This document shows, piece by piece, positions 1 through 9,186 of a stretch of 64,000 nucleotides of DNA. Under the pieces are notes generated by a model, which saw only the letters and a list, made by a program, of their open reading frames with translations, was not told where the DNA came from and did no database searches. The stretch is taken from the NCBI GenBank assembly GCA_963720465.1, contig OY970393.1:1600001-1664000 (forward strand), given 5' to 3'. Origin of the DNA: Methanobacteriota archaeon. GTDB lineage: Archaea > Halobacteriota > Bog-38 > Methanoflorentales > Methanoflorentaceae. The position numbers and the translations under genes are program-made. Position 1 is the stretch's first letter, and the number at the start of each line of letters is the position of its first letter.

Positions 1-312
1 GTCCTGCTCGCGTCCTAAAACGAACGTTGCGCCGGCAAATAACGACGCTCAGGCATGGCCTGGTAACGCAGAACGTCAATCTGCAACGCGGCGCGGACGG
101 CGGTAATATTCACAATAGGGGACGCGCTCATTATCGCTGCGAAGCTTACAGCTGACGAATTTAACGCACCTATGGCAGTCCTTCATTAACGGTTATCTAG
201 CTCCTTCACATTCGTTACCTATGTCCGAAAAATCGAATGATAGCCACGATTGCTGATAGCGAGATAACGCCATAAAAGCGAGGTTATAGCATCGCTTGAA
301 AAAGAGGAGAGG

Positions 313-1539
313 TTAGCTCCTCCTCTTCACTACGTAAGCGGCGATTACGAGTCCGACGAGAGCGAGCATGACGTCGAAGCCGGGCGTCGCACTCTGACTT
401 GTGGCCGCAGCTGCGTTGCCGATGGCATAGACGCTGCCGTCAACGCTCCCCACATACACGACGCCGATTACCACGGCAGGGGAGGAGAACACCCCACTCC
501 CGGTCGTGAAGCTCCACAGCTTCGCTCCGGTCGTGGCGTTGAGGGCGTATGTGTTGTTGTCATAGCTCCCCACGTACACCGTGCCGTTTACCACGGCAGG
601 GGAGGAGAACACCCCACTCCCGGTCGTGAAGCTCCACAGCTTCGCTCCGGTCGTGGCGTTGAGGGCGTAGACGTTGGTGTCATTGCTCCCGACGTAGACG
701 ACGCCGTTTACGACGGCGGGGGAGGAGAACACGTGGCCTCCGGTTGCGTAGTTCCACACTTTCACCCCGGTGGTAGCGTTGAGGGCGTACGTGTTATTAT
801 CTGCACTCCCCACGTAGACCACCCCGTTGGCGACGGCGGGAGAGGACTGAACCGGGTCTCCCGTCGTGTAGTTCCACAGTTTGGTGCCGTTGTTTGCATA
901 GATCGCGTAAGTGTTGTTGTCATCGCTCCCCACATACACGACGCCGTTGACGACAGCGGGGGAGGAGTCCACCCCGCCACCGGTTGTGTAATTCCACACT
1001 TTCGCCCCTGTCGTGGCGTTCAGAGCGTAGGTGTTGTTATCATCGCTCCCCACGTAGACCACCCCGTTGACGACAGCGGGGGAAGAGTACACGCTGCTTC
1101 CAGTCGTAAAGCTCCACACTTTCGCCCCGCTGGTGGCGTTCAGAGCGTAGGTGTTGTTATCATCGCTCCCCACATACACGACGCCGTTGACGACAGCGGG
1201 GGAGGAGTCCACCCCGCCACCGGTTGTGTAATTCCACACTTTCGCCCCTGTCGTGGCGTTCAGAGCGTAGGTGTTGTTGTCCTCGCTTCCCACATACACG
1301 ACGCCGTTAACGACGGTAGGAGAGGAGAGGACGACGCTTCCAGTCGTGAAGCTCCACGTCAGCAGCCCTTTCGACATGTTGCTCCCCGCCAGAGGGCTGT
1401 AACCGCCGGTGTGCTGGGCGTTGTAACGAAACATCATCGTATCGCTCTGTGCTGCTGCAGGAACGGTTACAGCGCCTGTAAATACCACGGCGATGAGAAG
1501 GATGACTGTAGAAAACGAGACGATTTTGTATGCGCGCAT
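313..1539 (-). CDS. Secreted PQQ-like 8-bladed beta-propeller surface protein with PGF-CTERM anchor
   Basis: Signal peptide; eight 40-aa repeats W.(F/Y)TTG..V.SSP.V.NGVVYVGS.D...YA; C-terminal TPGF + TM helix + KRRS. Start placed at ATG 1539 (GAGG upstream) instead of 1608. Confidence 0.9.
   Translation of the reverse strand: MRAYKIVSFSTVILLIAVVFTGAVTVPAAAQSDTMMFRYNAQHTGGYSPLAGSNMSKGLLTWSFTTGSVVLSSPTVVNGVVYVGSEDNNTYALNATTGAKVWNYTTGGGVDSSPAVVNGVVYVGSDDNNTYALNATSGAKVWSFTTGSSVYSSPAVVNGVVYVGSDDNNTYALNATTGAKVWNYTTGGGVDSSPAVVNGVVYVGSDDNNTYAIYANNGTKLWNYTTGDPVQSSPAVANGVVYVGSADNNTYALNATTGVKVWNYATGGHVFSSPAVVNGVVYVGSNDTNVYALNATTGAKLWSFTTGSGVFSSPAVVNGTVYVGSYDNNTYALNATTGAKLWSFTTGSGVFSSPAVVIGVVYVGSVDGSVYAIGNAAAATSQSATPGFDVMLALVGLVIAAYVVKRRS
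420..1360 (-). repeat. Intragenic 120-bp tandem repeats (propeller blades)
   Basis: 481-549 nearly identical to 601-669; about 931-1040 nearly identical to 1171-1280. Confidence 0.9.
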
Positions 1540-2019
1540 GATTGCCTCGTAAAGCGTTCTTTGCCCGAAAAAGATGTCAAAGGATACGATAAAGGCTCTG
1601 GTCTGCAACAGACTGAGGCAGCGAAATCGAAAAAGAGAAAAGAAAAGCTAAGACGGCAGCATTTATAGAAATAGCCGGACTAACCGATTAAAAAAAATTA
1701 ACGGCCAGACTGCCACTAACGCAAGGTAGCAAATGAGCAGGCCTTCGATGGACGCTCCTAAGTGCATTGATGGCGCCGGCCTGCGCCGATAACCAACTCT
1801 GTTTAGTGCAGACGAAAAGCAGGCGCGGCTCAGTGAAGCAGCAGGACAGCGATTCGCGCGCAAGGCCGCCGCCTCTCTAATGCGTAGCTCCTGGTCGAAG
1901 CACCCGGAGATGGCGTAGCAGCTATATAGGACTTAACAGGACAGTAAATAAGTAGGGCACTCGTGTAGGCAATGCTCTCGGCACGTGACCTAACCTGAGC
2001 AAGAAGCGGAGGCTTAAAA

Positions 2020-2721
2020 ATGCCAGATGGAACGACGAAAGACGAAAAGGAAATAGAATCGCTGCTTAGTGACTTGAAACACGTGAGTCCTGATAAGAGG
2101 AAAATGGCGTGTTTAGCTCTGGGCAAAGCAAAATCCGCTCGCGCGGTGGATCTGCTAATAAGCGCGCTCAATGATAAGGAGATGATGGTGCGAGAGTGTG
2201 CAGCAGAAGCGCTCGGGGAGATAGGTGACCCAAAGGCGGTGGAGCCGCTCGCTAACGCTCTAAAGGATAAAGAGTACTACGTCCGACTCGAAGCCGCGAC
2301 GGCGCTCGGACAAATAGGCGATGCCCAAGCGTTGGAACCCCTCGTCGACGATATGAACGACGACAATCAAATTGTGCGCGAAAAAGCTGCCCAGGCAATA
2401 GGTGAGATTTGCGGACTGGGCGACGCGTGCGGCATCAACGAGGTGGAGCTCCTCCTTGAGGACCTCAAGGACCAAAGCAAGGGAGTTCGCTGGAGAGCAT
2501 CCGACGCCTTGGTGAAAATCGGTTCCGCTTCTGTAGGGCCCCTCGTTTCAATGCTGAGTGACAAAGATCCAGATATTAAGATGAGGGCGGCGAAAAGCCT
2601 CGGAGAAATAGGCGATGAGCGTGCTCTCGAGCCACTCAGAGTCCTTTTGAAGGACAAGAATCCCGATGTCAGAGATGCGGCGGGGAAGGCAATAGACCGT
2701 ATCAATAGGGGAAATGGCTGA
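2020..2721 (+). CDS. HEAT/PBS-lyase repeat protein
   Basis: Repeated L..AL.D....VR..AA.ALG.IGD units; GGAGG RBS. Confidence 0.9.
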   Translation: MPDGTTKDEKEIESLLSDLKHVSPDKRKMACLALGKAKSARAVDLLISALNDKEMMVRECAAEALGEIGDPKAVEPLANALKDKEYYVRLEAATALGQIGDAQALEPLVDDMNDDNQIVREKAAQAIGEICGLGDACGINEVELLLEDLKDQSKGVRWRASDALVKIGSASVGPLVSMLSDKDPDIKMRAAKSLGEIGDERALEPLRVLLKDKNPDVRDAAGKAIDRINRGNG

Positions 2722-2832
2722 TCGTTGTGAAGTGTCGACCTAGGATCGCGCAACGTAGCGAACTCAGGAAGCCATTCGCCAAGTTGTTCAAGAAAAGCGT
2801 CGGCGGGGTTAACGGAAACTAAGCGATGAGTT

Positions 2833-3432
2833 ATGAAAGACGAACACACAGTCCAAAGCCCCGATACGAGCAGAGGTGAAAGAATCCCCCCAGGTCAGCA
2901 AAAGACCGAAGACTGGCCCGTGTTGCATTATGGCTCTATCCCGCGCGTTGACGTCTCTAAGTGGACGTTGACCATTTCGGGACTCGTGGAAACCGAGTGG
3001 AAGCTGAATTTCGAACAATTCACGTCGCTTCCGCGAGAGAAAGTGTTTTCCGACATACATTGCGTCACGGGGTGGTCGAAGCTCAACAACTATTGGGAGG
3101 GAGTAAGCACACGATCGCTCACAGATTTGGTGAAAGTACTGCCCACAGCCAAATTTGTTTTGATTCACGCAGAGAAGGGCTTCACCACGAACCTTTCAGT
3201 AAGCGACTTTTTTGAACCCGACGTGCTTTTTGCCCTCAAGCATAATGGTGAGCCCCTCACTTCGGGACACGGCTATCCCGTGCGGCTCGTGGTTCCACGC
3301 CTCTACTTCTGGAAGAGCGCCAAGTGGGTAACCGGGGTCGAGTTCATGGCTGAAGATAAGCGCGGATTCTGGGAGTCACACGGCTACCATAACCGGGGCG
3401 ATCCGTGGCTAGAGGAGCGTTATAGCTACTGA
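2833..3432 (+). CDS. Sulfite oxidase-like molybdopterin oxidoreductase (YuiH/MsrP-like)
   Basis: DIHCVTGWS, HGYPVRLVVP.LYFWKSAKW, GFWE..GYH.RGDPW motifs. Confidence 0.9.
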   Translation: MKDEHTVQSPDTSRGERIPPGQQKTEDWPVLHYGSIPRVDVSKWTLTISGLVETEWKLNFEQFTSLPREKVFSDIHCVTGWSKLNNYWEGVSTRSLTDLVKVLPTAKFVLIHAEKGFTTNLSVSDFFEPDVLFALKHNGEPLTSGHGYPVRLVVPRLYFWKSAKWVTGVEFMAEDKRGFWESHGYHNRGDPWLEERYSY

Positions 3433-3680
3433 GAAAATCACGGGCGCGGGTTTAGCGTAGCGCGTGAGATAACCAAAAACAGCGTGTGCTAGATGCGCAA
3501 GTCGAATGCTTTTGCCAGATAGCGGTGCCTCTGGCCCTGGGTCCGTCTGGTAAAATGGTGTCCCTTCGTGCCAGCTCTTGCAAGGAGCGGTGGAAAGACT
3601 ACGAAGGAAACGCGGTGAAATGACTGATAATCTAAGCAAACGGGAATTGACATATACTTCTTTCTTAGTAATGATAGCTG

Positions 3681-4355
3681 ATGAAAGCAGTGATTTCCGT
3701 CGGCGGGTCTGTGATTGCTCCAACATTGTCGCAGGAAAAGTTCTTAGAGTACGCTGAAGTGATCAAGGAACTCGCAAAAGAAAACACCTTGCTCATCGTG
3801 ACCGGCGGGGGCAAAGCAGCCCGGGACTATATACAGGCCGCCCGTTCGATGGGGGCGAGTGAAGCGGTGTGTGACCTTATCGGCATCGCCCTTTCGCGCG
3901 TCAATGCTCGATTATTGATCTCGGCATTATCGAGCGCGGCGTTTCAGGACATTCCACACGATTATCGAGAAGCCGAAACGGCCATGTCCTCCCGCAAAGT
4001 TGTCGTGATGGGGGGCGTTGCTCCCGGACAGACAACCGATGCTGTATCGGCGATCCTTTCTGAATACGTGCAGACGGATCTTCTTGTCATAGCAACGTCA
4101 GTTGATGGCGTTTATACGGCAGACCCGTATATTGACAAGAGTGCCGTCAAATTGGACGAAATCACACCCGCTGAGCTAGTGAAGATCGTGATGTGTGATG
4201 AGATGAAGGCTGGAGCCAAAACTGTCATCGACCCGCTTGCGGCGAAGATTATTGAACGCTCGAAAATATCGGCCGTCGTGGTCGACGGGCGTGAACCGCG
4301 AATCTTGCTTGATGTTCTCGCAGGCAAACGCGTCGGGACACGCATAGTCCACTAA
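3681..4355 (+). CDS. pyrH: Archaeal UMP kinase
   Basis: SVGGSV, GGG..AR.YI, MGG..PGQTTDAV, VDGVYTADP, IDPLAAKII. Confidence 0.95.
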   Translation: MKAVISVGGSVIAPTLSQEKFLEYAEVIKELAKENTLLIVTGGGKAARDYIQAARSMGASEAVCDLIGIALSRVNARLLISALSSAAFQDIPHDYREAETAMSSRKVVVMGGVAPGQTTDAVSAILSEYVQTDLLVIATSVDGVYTADPYIDKSAVKLDEITPAELVKIVMCDEMKAGAKTVIDPLAAKIIERSKISAVVVDGREPRILLDVLAGKRVGTRIVH

Positions 4356-4657
4356 TGGGATACAAGCTTCAGAGCCTCCGCTTTGTCCATCTCTGAAATC
4401 AGAACCATAATAACGCCGCGCCGGGGTGAAGTGCGTGCTCCGATCAACCGCATCGAGCTATAGCCGAATGCACCTATTTTTGTCCTATCTGCTCTATTTC
4501 TTGCCCGATTGTGCGGCTAGCCTCGTCCTGCTCGCACTGTCGCCGAGCGTGCTACGCAGAAATACGCATCCGTGCGAAGTTCCGATGAACCGTCCACAAT
4601 CGAATCAGGCACACCTAGCCTGTTCTTTGAGTCGGTTTCAGAAGCAGACCGCTTCCT

Positions 4658-5101
4658 TCATAGGAGCACGCCGTGGTCGTCAATTTCGCCCAGGTGTATC
4701 CGGGTCGAGGATATCCGGTGTCCGTCCTGTGCAAGGACAAAATCGACACATACGATCTTTATCGGTGGAAGTCTGCGTTGTGATCTCAGGGTGTTAATCT
4801 CCTTTGCCGTACGAAACGTGTCAGGCGAGACAACGATATAGTCAAATTTCTGCTTTAGCGTTGGCCCATACGGATCGTCAAGCGTGACAATCACGGGATC
4901 AGTCGGAGTTAGCGCCTTTATGTAGGTGGTAAGTATTTTCTTGCGGGTATCGTACGTGTTGCTTAAGTGGGCTTTTCTTTGTGCCATCTCATCTGAAACA
5001 AGCCCGATGACCACGTCGCCTAGTTTGTACGCCTTTTTCAGCAGCGCCTTATGACCGTCGTGAAGTATGTCAAACGTTCCGCCAATCGCAACTGACGCCA
5101 T
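4658..5101 (-). CDS. coaD: Archaeal-type phosphopantetheine adenylyltransferase
   Basis: GGTFD.LHDGH..LL, DPYGP, IVVSP.T, ISSTRI..GEID. Confidence 0.92.
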   Translation of the reverse strand: MASVAIGGTFDILHDGHKALLKKAYKLGDVVIGLVSDEMAQRKAHLSNTYDTRKKILTTYIKALTPTDPVIVTLDDPYGPTLKQKFDYIVVSPDTFRTAKEINTLRSQRRLPPIKIVCVDFVLAQDGHRISSTRIHLGEIDDHGVLL

Positions 5102-5211
5102 AAACTCCTGCTTATAGTGGTGTACTATGTGATATAGCGCAATAGGTTAATCATTGGCTTTTTGAACCTAAAGACAATTCATTAGTGATATTGAGGACCT
5201 TGGAGGAACTA

Positions 5212-5703
5212 ATGAACAGAAACTTCGAAGGCGTCTTCATTGCCCCGACCGCAACGGTCATAGGAAATGTGACGATCGCTCCAGGTTCGAGCGTGTGGTT
5301 TGGCGCCGTCGTACGGAGTGACTTGGCCTCGATTCAGATAGGCCGCAATACAAGCGTGCAGGACAATGCGGTCGTACACGTACGAGAAGGGATCGAGACC
5401 AGGATTGGAGACCAAGTAACGATTGGACACGGGGCAATAGTCCACGGAGCACAAATCGAAGATACGGTGCTGATCGGAATTGGCGCCATCATACTAGACA
5501 GAGCACGAGTCGGGAAGGGCTCCATCGTCGGTGCCGGCGCCGTCGTGACAGAGGGCACGCAGATACCGCGACGCAGCCTTGTCCTGGGAGTCCCCGGAAA
5601 AGTTGTCAAGCAGGTAACCCCTGAGCAGTTTCAGTGGATAGAGGCAAATGCAAAAAGCTACACTGAACTAGCGCGGCGCTACTTGACAAGCGAACAGCAG
5701 TGA
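5212..5703 (+). CDS. Gamma-class carbonic anhydrase family protein
   Basis: Hexapeptide repeats, VQDNAVVH, TIGHGAIVHG, G.PGKV; ATG 5212 follows GGAGG. Confidence 0.9.
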   Translation: MNRNFEGVFIAPTATVIGNVTIAPGSSVWFGAVVRSDLASIQIGRNTSVQDNAVVHVREGIETRIGDQVTIGHGAIVHGAQIEDTVLIGIGAIILDRARVGKGSIVGAGAVVTEGTQIPRRSLVLGVPGKVVKQVTPEQFQWIEANAKSYTELARRYLTSEQQ

Positions 5704-5740
5704 CTCAGGACGACTCGTTGTGTGCGTGCGGTCAAACCGA

Positions 5741-6559
5741 CTACATGCGGATGGGGATTCCGCGCCCCAGCAAGTACTGCTTTAATGAAGCTATGGAGAT
5801 CTCTTTAAAATGAAAAATGCTTGCGGCAAGACAAGCGTCCGCCTTGCCATCAACAAAGCCTGCGTAGATGTGCTCAGCCGTGCCGGCACCTCCGGAGGCA
5901 ATTATTGGCAGGTCGATGGACTCTGAGATCGCCTTAGTGATGGGGATATCATAGCCGTCTCGTGTGCCATCCCTATTCATGCTCGTTAGCATGATTTCAC
6001 CCGCGCCAAGACGCTCGCTCCGCATCGCCCACTCAATCGCATCGATGCCGGTTGGGGTTCTCCCGCCGTAAATCACGACCTCATACCACGCTTGAGTGCC
6101 ATCTTCGAGAGTAACGATATGCTGTCCTTTCTCTATGTTCGCATTCCGTCTGCAATCGATGGCCAAAACAACGCACTGCGAACCAACCGCATCGGCTGTG
6201 CGCGTTATAAACTGTGGATCCTTGACAGCGGCAGTGTTAATCGCTATCTTATCTGCGCCAGACCGCAACGTCTGGATGACATCATCGCGGGTCCGTACGC
6301 CGCCGCCGACGCAAAAGGGTATGAAAACCTGGTCGGCTGTTTCCTCGACGATGTCCAGCATTGTTTGTCGCTTTTCGTGTGAGGCCGTAATATCTAGGAA
6401 GATCAGTTCATCAGCGCCCTCTTGATCGTAACGCTTTGCGAGTTCTACCGGATCGCCAGCTGCTCTCAGCGAAACGAATTCAATGCCTTTCACGACGAGT
6501 GCCCGGTTGCCGTCTCCATATTTGACGTCGAGGCACGGAATAATCCGCTTTGTGAGCAT
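5741..6559 (-). CDS. hisF: Imidazole glycerol phosphate synthase cyclase subunit
   Basis: [48 protein letters not shown]. Confidence 0.96.
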   Translation of the reverse strand: MLTKRIIPCLDVKYGDGNRALVVKGIEFVSLRAAGDPVELAKRYDQEGADELIFLDITASHEKRQTMLDIVEETADQVFIPFCVGGGVRTRDDVIQTLRSGADKIAINTAAVKDPQFITRTADAVGSQCVVLAIDCRRNANIEKGQHIVTLEDGTQAWYEVVIYGGRTPTGIDAIEWAMRSERLGAGEIMLTSMNRDGTRDGYDIPITKAISESIDLPIIASGGAGTAEHIYAGFVDGKADACLAASIFHFKEISIASLKQYLLGRGIPIRM

Positions 6560-6762
6560 CAGTGTGAGGTAGTGCTGCACTTATTTAAAGCACGTTGCAT
6601 CCGTGGTCTTAGGGCAGCCCACACTGTTGATGCGGAAAGGTCGACCTCGTGCGCTGGCTTTTTTGAGCCGGCAAGGCCACAGATCGCAAAAGCTACCTAT
6701 AAATACAAACGCGTTAAGCGGAGTACTAAGTTTCGCGGCGTTTCAGGAAGTTGCCCACGAAT

Positions 6763-7452
6763 ATGAAGCAAAGCAAGGAGTTTGAACCAGATTCGAGCCC
6801 GCACGTGACAAGACTGACGCAGGCACTTGCAAAGACGATCGCCATTGACGAAAAGGACCTTATAATCTTACTATCGCTCCTTGCGAGCGCAAAGACTTCG
6901 AATGTGGAGCTGGCCGAACGTCTCGGCCTCAGCGATGGCAACGCCGCTGCCTACCATATCAAACGTCTTAGGACGCGGGCAGTTCTCGCGCGATATACGA
7001 TTCAAATCGATTGGCAGAAAATCGGTTTTCCCGCAGATTTTGTCATTCTTGCTGAATCGGATGAAAAAGCGGCGCTGCTTGCGTTGGAACGGTACCTCAT
7101 CCTTCTTCAGGACTATTACCAAAAGCACTTTGGCAACGTGCTTTTACTACCAACCTCTTCAGGATACGTACTGCTTAGGGACATAAGTCACTGTTACGGT
7201 GATAAAACGATGCTTGTAATCACCGGCAGTGGGACACGCGATCTCGATATTGCCTTCTTTCGGGAGAACTACATAACCCGAGCATTCGAGGGCATACGAA
7301 CGACGCTTATGACGACGCGATACAGAACTGTAGACAACTTCGTGATACAGAGCGATGCACTCGACACATTACGCGCCATCTTCGAGGGCACAGGCGCGTC
7401 TGAAGAAGAGATCAGTCGAATTAGAGAGCATCTTAAGTCGACTTTCGAGTAG
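6763..7452 (+). CDS. Lrp/AsnC-like winged-HTH regulator with atypical C-terminal domain
   Basis: IDEKDL.IL..L....SN.ELAERLGLS.....Y.IKRL...V...YTI.IDW.KIG. Confidence 0.7.
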   Translation: MKQSKEFEPDSSPHVTRLTQALAKTIAIDEKDLIILLSLLASAKTSNVELAERLGLSDGNAAAYHIKRLRTRAVLARYTIQIDWQKIGFPADFVILAESDEKAALLALERYLILLQDYYQKHFGNVLLLPTSSGYVLLRDISHCYGDKTMLVITGSGTRDLDIAFFRENYITRAFEGIRTTLMTTRYRTVDNFVIQSDALDTLRAIFEGTGASEEEISRIREHLKSTFE

Positions 7453-7687
7453 TTGTGTCTGAGTCCGCGCTGTGTCGTCGAAGTGACTCGGCTGGTTCTT
7501 CTTCGATCTGATAGGCAGTTACCGGCTGTGCTCACCTCCCCTTGGACTCACAAGAGATGAAGGCTAAGTGACGAACTAACAAGAACAGCGCTTACACGTA
7601 GGCCCATCATATTGGACAGAAGCAAGGCGGCAAGCCCATATATAAAAAGATCGCAAAGAAACAAGTCGTAGCTGCTGAGGGGCCAAA

Positions 7688-9106
7688 ATGGCGGCAAAAA
7701 ACAGCGCTAGCTCGAAAAAACTGAACCTCTTCGACGTTACAAATCTCGTAGTTGGCACTGCCATAGGCGCGGACATCTTCATTGTCTCGGCATTGGCCGC
7801 TGGCTATCTCGGACCTGCAAGCATCGTTGTTTTTATCATCGCCGGCGTAATCGCGATACTTATAGCACTAAGCTTCACAGAAGCTGCGGCTCTTGTTCCT
7901 AAGGTGGGGGGCGCGTTTGCATATGTGTGCGAGGCTTGGGGGAACTTTGCCGGCTTTTTAGTGGGCTGGCCCCTCTGGATCGCCGAAGTTGCCGGGCTTG
8001 CCGTAATGCCGGTCGCGTTCGTGAGTTATCTTCAGTATTTCGTGCCCACGCTCACGGCGCTGCAGGGCGATATTATAAAAATCGTTTTTGTCGCTGTTAT
8101 CGCGTACATAAACGTGCGGGGGGTAAAGAGTGCTGGACGCGTCAATGATGTGCTTACCATCGGAAAATTAGCCCCATTACTGCTGCTGATCGTCGCAGGG
8201 ATTATCTGGTTGGTCGTTCACCCAGGCACAGCAGCTTCGAACTTTACACCATTCGCCCCGCTTGGTTTCAGCAATTTCGGACCAGCGCTGATTATCATTT
8301 TTTGGGCATATACGGGATTTGAACTGGCAGTCATCCCCTCTGGTGAAATCGAGGATCCGACGAAGACGCTGCCGAAAGGAATGGTCATTGGGATGGCAAT
8401 TGTAACCTTTTTTTATATAGCGGTAGGCTTCACGGCGCTCGCCGTGGTCAACTGGACGTCGCTCCAATTCGATCCCGCGCCCCTTGCCACAGCTGGCAGC
8501 GTCGTCCTTTCGTACACGCCGGAGCTTGCTATTATAGGAGGTGCGATACTTGGGCTAGGGGCACTCATCTCAATTACTGGGTTTGAGGAGTCTGCTACGC
8601 TAGCGACTGCCCGGCTATCTTATGCGATCTCACTGGATGGACTATTTCCAAGGCTTTTCAGCCGAATTCATCCAAGGTTTGATACCCCTGCCAATGCGAT
8701 CATTGTGCAGTCCGCCATTGTGTTATTCGCCGCACTAATTGGCGATTTAACGCAGCTCATCATCTTTTCAGCGTTTAATCTTGCTTTTGTCTACCTTGCC
8801 ACGTGTGCCGCCGTCCTGACACTCCGCGGGAGGCAAAAAGAGAGTGACCGCACTTACCTTGAACGGCTTACTGGGCCGGTAATCCCTGTTACCGGCGTGA
8901 TCTTGAGCGTGTTCCTCATGTATGAATGTGGCATCAGCACGGTAGTATTCGGAATCGTGTCGATTCTGATTGGCATCCCGATCTACGTGCTTTATGCGCC
9001 GCGCACCGAGCTAACGACTCTAAAGAGGGACTTCCTTTCGACAGAAGCGGTTCTTGCGAGGACCGTACACAGTAATCTGAATTTCTTTAGACCCCACCGT
9101 AAATAA
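7688..9106 (+). CDS. APC family amino acid permease
   Basis: About 12 TM helices; VG..IGADIF, P..GG...Y, FWAYTGFE, DP.KTLP, IHPRFDTP. Confidence 0.92.
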   Translation: MAAKNSASSKKLNLFDVTNLVVGTAIGADIFIVSALAAGYLGPASIVVFIIAGVIAILIALSFTEAAALVPKVGGAFAYVCEAWGNFAGFLVGWPLWIAEVAGLAVMPVAFVSYLQYFVPTLTALQGDIIKIVFVAVIAYINVRGVKSAGRVNDVLTIGKLAPLLLLIVAGIIWLVVHPGTAASNFTPFAPLGFSNFGPALIIIFWAYTGFELAVIPSGEIEDPTKTLPKGMVIGMAIVTFFYIAVGFTALAVVNWTSLQFDPAPLATAGSVVLSYTPELAIIGGAILGLGALISITGFEESATLATARLSYAISLDGLFPRLFSRIHPRFDTPANAIIVQSAIVLFAALIGDLTQLIIFSAFNLAFVYLATCAAVLTLRGRQKESDRTYLERLTGPVIPVTGVILSVFLMYECGISTVVFGIVSILIGIPIYVLYAPRTELTTLKRDFLSTEAVLARTVHSNLNFFRPHRK

Positions 9107-9186
9107 ATGTCGACTGAAGCGGTTCGTGCGATGGTGGCGCGCACAGAAAAGGTTCTCTCGAAGCTCGGCTAACGACGGATTGTGCG

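Noticed and set aside
420-1360. Regular repeats as a possible CRISPR array
   Set aside because: 120-bp in-frame coding repeats with no unique spacers and no cas genes.
733-1668. 311-aa plus-strand repetitive ORF
   Set aside because: Antisense shadow of the propeller repeats.
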